From the NCBI GenBank assembly GCA_963769935.1, contig CAVYNY010000018.1, positions 295,016 to 359,015 on the forward strand: 64,000 nucleotides of DNA, given 5' to 3'. Below, piece after piece: positions 62,952 through 64,000 of the stretch (positions are counted from its first letter, which is position 1; every line of letters starts with the position of its first letter). The notes under the pieces are model-generated. The model was not told where the DNA came from and made no database searches. It saw nothing but the letters and a program-made list of their open reading frames with translations. This DNA comes from an uncultured delta proteobacterium. GTDB lineage: Bacteria; Desulfobacterota; Desulfobacteria; Desulfobacterales; JAFDCJ01. The position numbers were made by a program, and so were the translations under genes.

Positions 62952-63178
62952 TTAAAGCATTGCCATGGCAGCGTTTAAGCCTGAATTCATATTGCACGAA
63001 AACGTTGTGGAATTTGTCCAGGGATATCAACGTCGGCGACCGTAAGAAAGATCATATCGGAGAAGGCATTTAAGTGGAGTAGGAAGGGTCACATCTTAAA
63101 TATTAAATATTTGCTTTTTTATCTTCTCTAATCTGCGGTTAAAAGGTCAGTTTTGGGCTGCCTCCTGTGAGGAATATA

Positions 63179-63386
63179 GGGACGGTCATGAATAAATGCA
63201 TTTCTTTATTCGACCAAAATTAATTTCAAATCCTGAGCCAATTTTTCTCCTCTCACAACTGCCCGGCTCACCGCCGGCTGACCCAAACTTAACAGGTTAC
63301 CGACACTGGTTCCGCTCATCCCTAATTCTCGGACCGCCCAATAACAAACCAAACTCCTGGCCTTTACTCGCAACGGCTGATTACCA
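63179..63386 (-). mobile_element. 3' remnant of a probable REP-associated (Y1/HUH) tyrosine transposase gene
   Basis: Minus strand reads QPLRVKARSLVCYWAVRELG-MSGTSVGNLLSLGQPAVSRAVVRGEKLA (one indel), stop at 63206, then ...gaccgtcccc. It resembles the C-terminal HTH of such transposases; this is from recall and the catalytic part is absent. Confidence 0.55.
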
Positions 63387-64000
63387 CTGCCAGGCGGAAG
63401 CAGAAGACAGTAGGATTATGATCCGCTCATGCGAGTGAGATCGATCTTCGCTAAAGACCCGGGACAGAATATTTTGATGAATTATCAGTACAACTATGAT
63501 AGGGTGGATAACGTCCTGGCCAAGGACACCGAACGCAGCTCATACATTTACGGCTATAATGATCTGTATCACCTGACAAGTGCCGACAATCCGATTCAAG
63601 CGGATGAATCCTACACTTACGACGCGGTAGGTTATCGCCAGACGGATGACGGTGCTGCAGAAAATTATAACTACAATAATAACAACGAGCTTTTGGGTTA
63701 TGATAATGCAGTTTTCGAATACGATGGCAACGGAAACATTATCCAAAATACCGTCGATAGTCAGGTTACATTGTTCTTTTACAATTCAGAGGATCGTTTG
63801 GATCGAGTTGAAGACGGCAACGGCTCAGTGATAGCCTTATACTAATATGATCCATTCGGGAGAAGGCTTTGGAAGGAAGTTGAAGGAGTCAGAACCTATT
63901 TTTTATATTCTGATGAAGGTCTTGTTGCCGAGGTGACGATTCCGGCAATGTTACCAAATCATACGGTTACAAGCCTGTCTCTACATGGACCACAGATCCC
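63387..64000 (+). pseudogene. Decayed orphan Rhs fragment (cassette 2); runs off the right edge
   Basis: Colinear with 58734-59350 (LPGGS.RQ...DPLMRV.SI.AKDPGQNILMNYQYNYD). In-frame stops at 63411 and 63843 and an indel near 63935. Confidence 0.85.

Overview
This is a bacterial chromosomal window whose gene content resembles a Desulfobacterota (Desulfobacterales-like) organism; that placement is inferred, not proven. The left half (1-30.8 kb) is mostly core genome: a diadenylate cyclase (partial) and a DUF2914 gene, a glycogen cluster (a 1433-aa GH13+GH133 debranching fusion, glgP, glgA, frameshifted glgB), a lytic transglycosylase, an EndoQ-UvrD fusion, two RdgC-like genes, an oriC-like spacer before dnaN-gyrB with no adjacent dnaA, thyA, a methyltransferase, a cysteine desulfurase-like gene, HDOD, DUF5995, a split XdhC pair and glutamine-dependent nadE. 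The right half (31-64 kb) is one accessory locus and the best candidate for an undescribed system. A small Xis/BldC-like HTH gene with an N-terminal DRR-repeat tail points away from four phased 10-bp direct repeats. These precede a ~2080-aa secreted partner gene and a ~7170-aa signal-peptide-bearing adhesin-Rhs toxin gene (reconstructed across five single-base indels and one TAG). The toxin gene encodes four RCC1 propellers, Calx-beta/Ig/Fn3/TSP3 modules and an Rhs core, and ends in a Cys-rich phospholipase A2-like tip. It is followed by an immunity candidate and two orphan Rhs cassettes, each fused to a 5'-truncated mobile element. No T6SS hallmarks are visible. Many of the indels may be sequencing errors. 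All family calls come from motifs read by eye; no searches were run.
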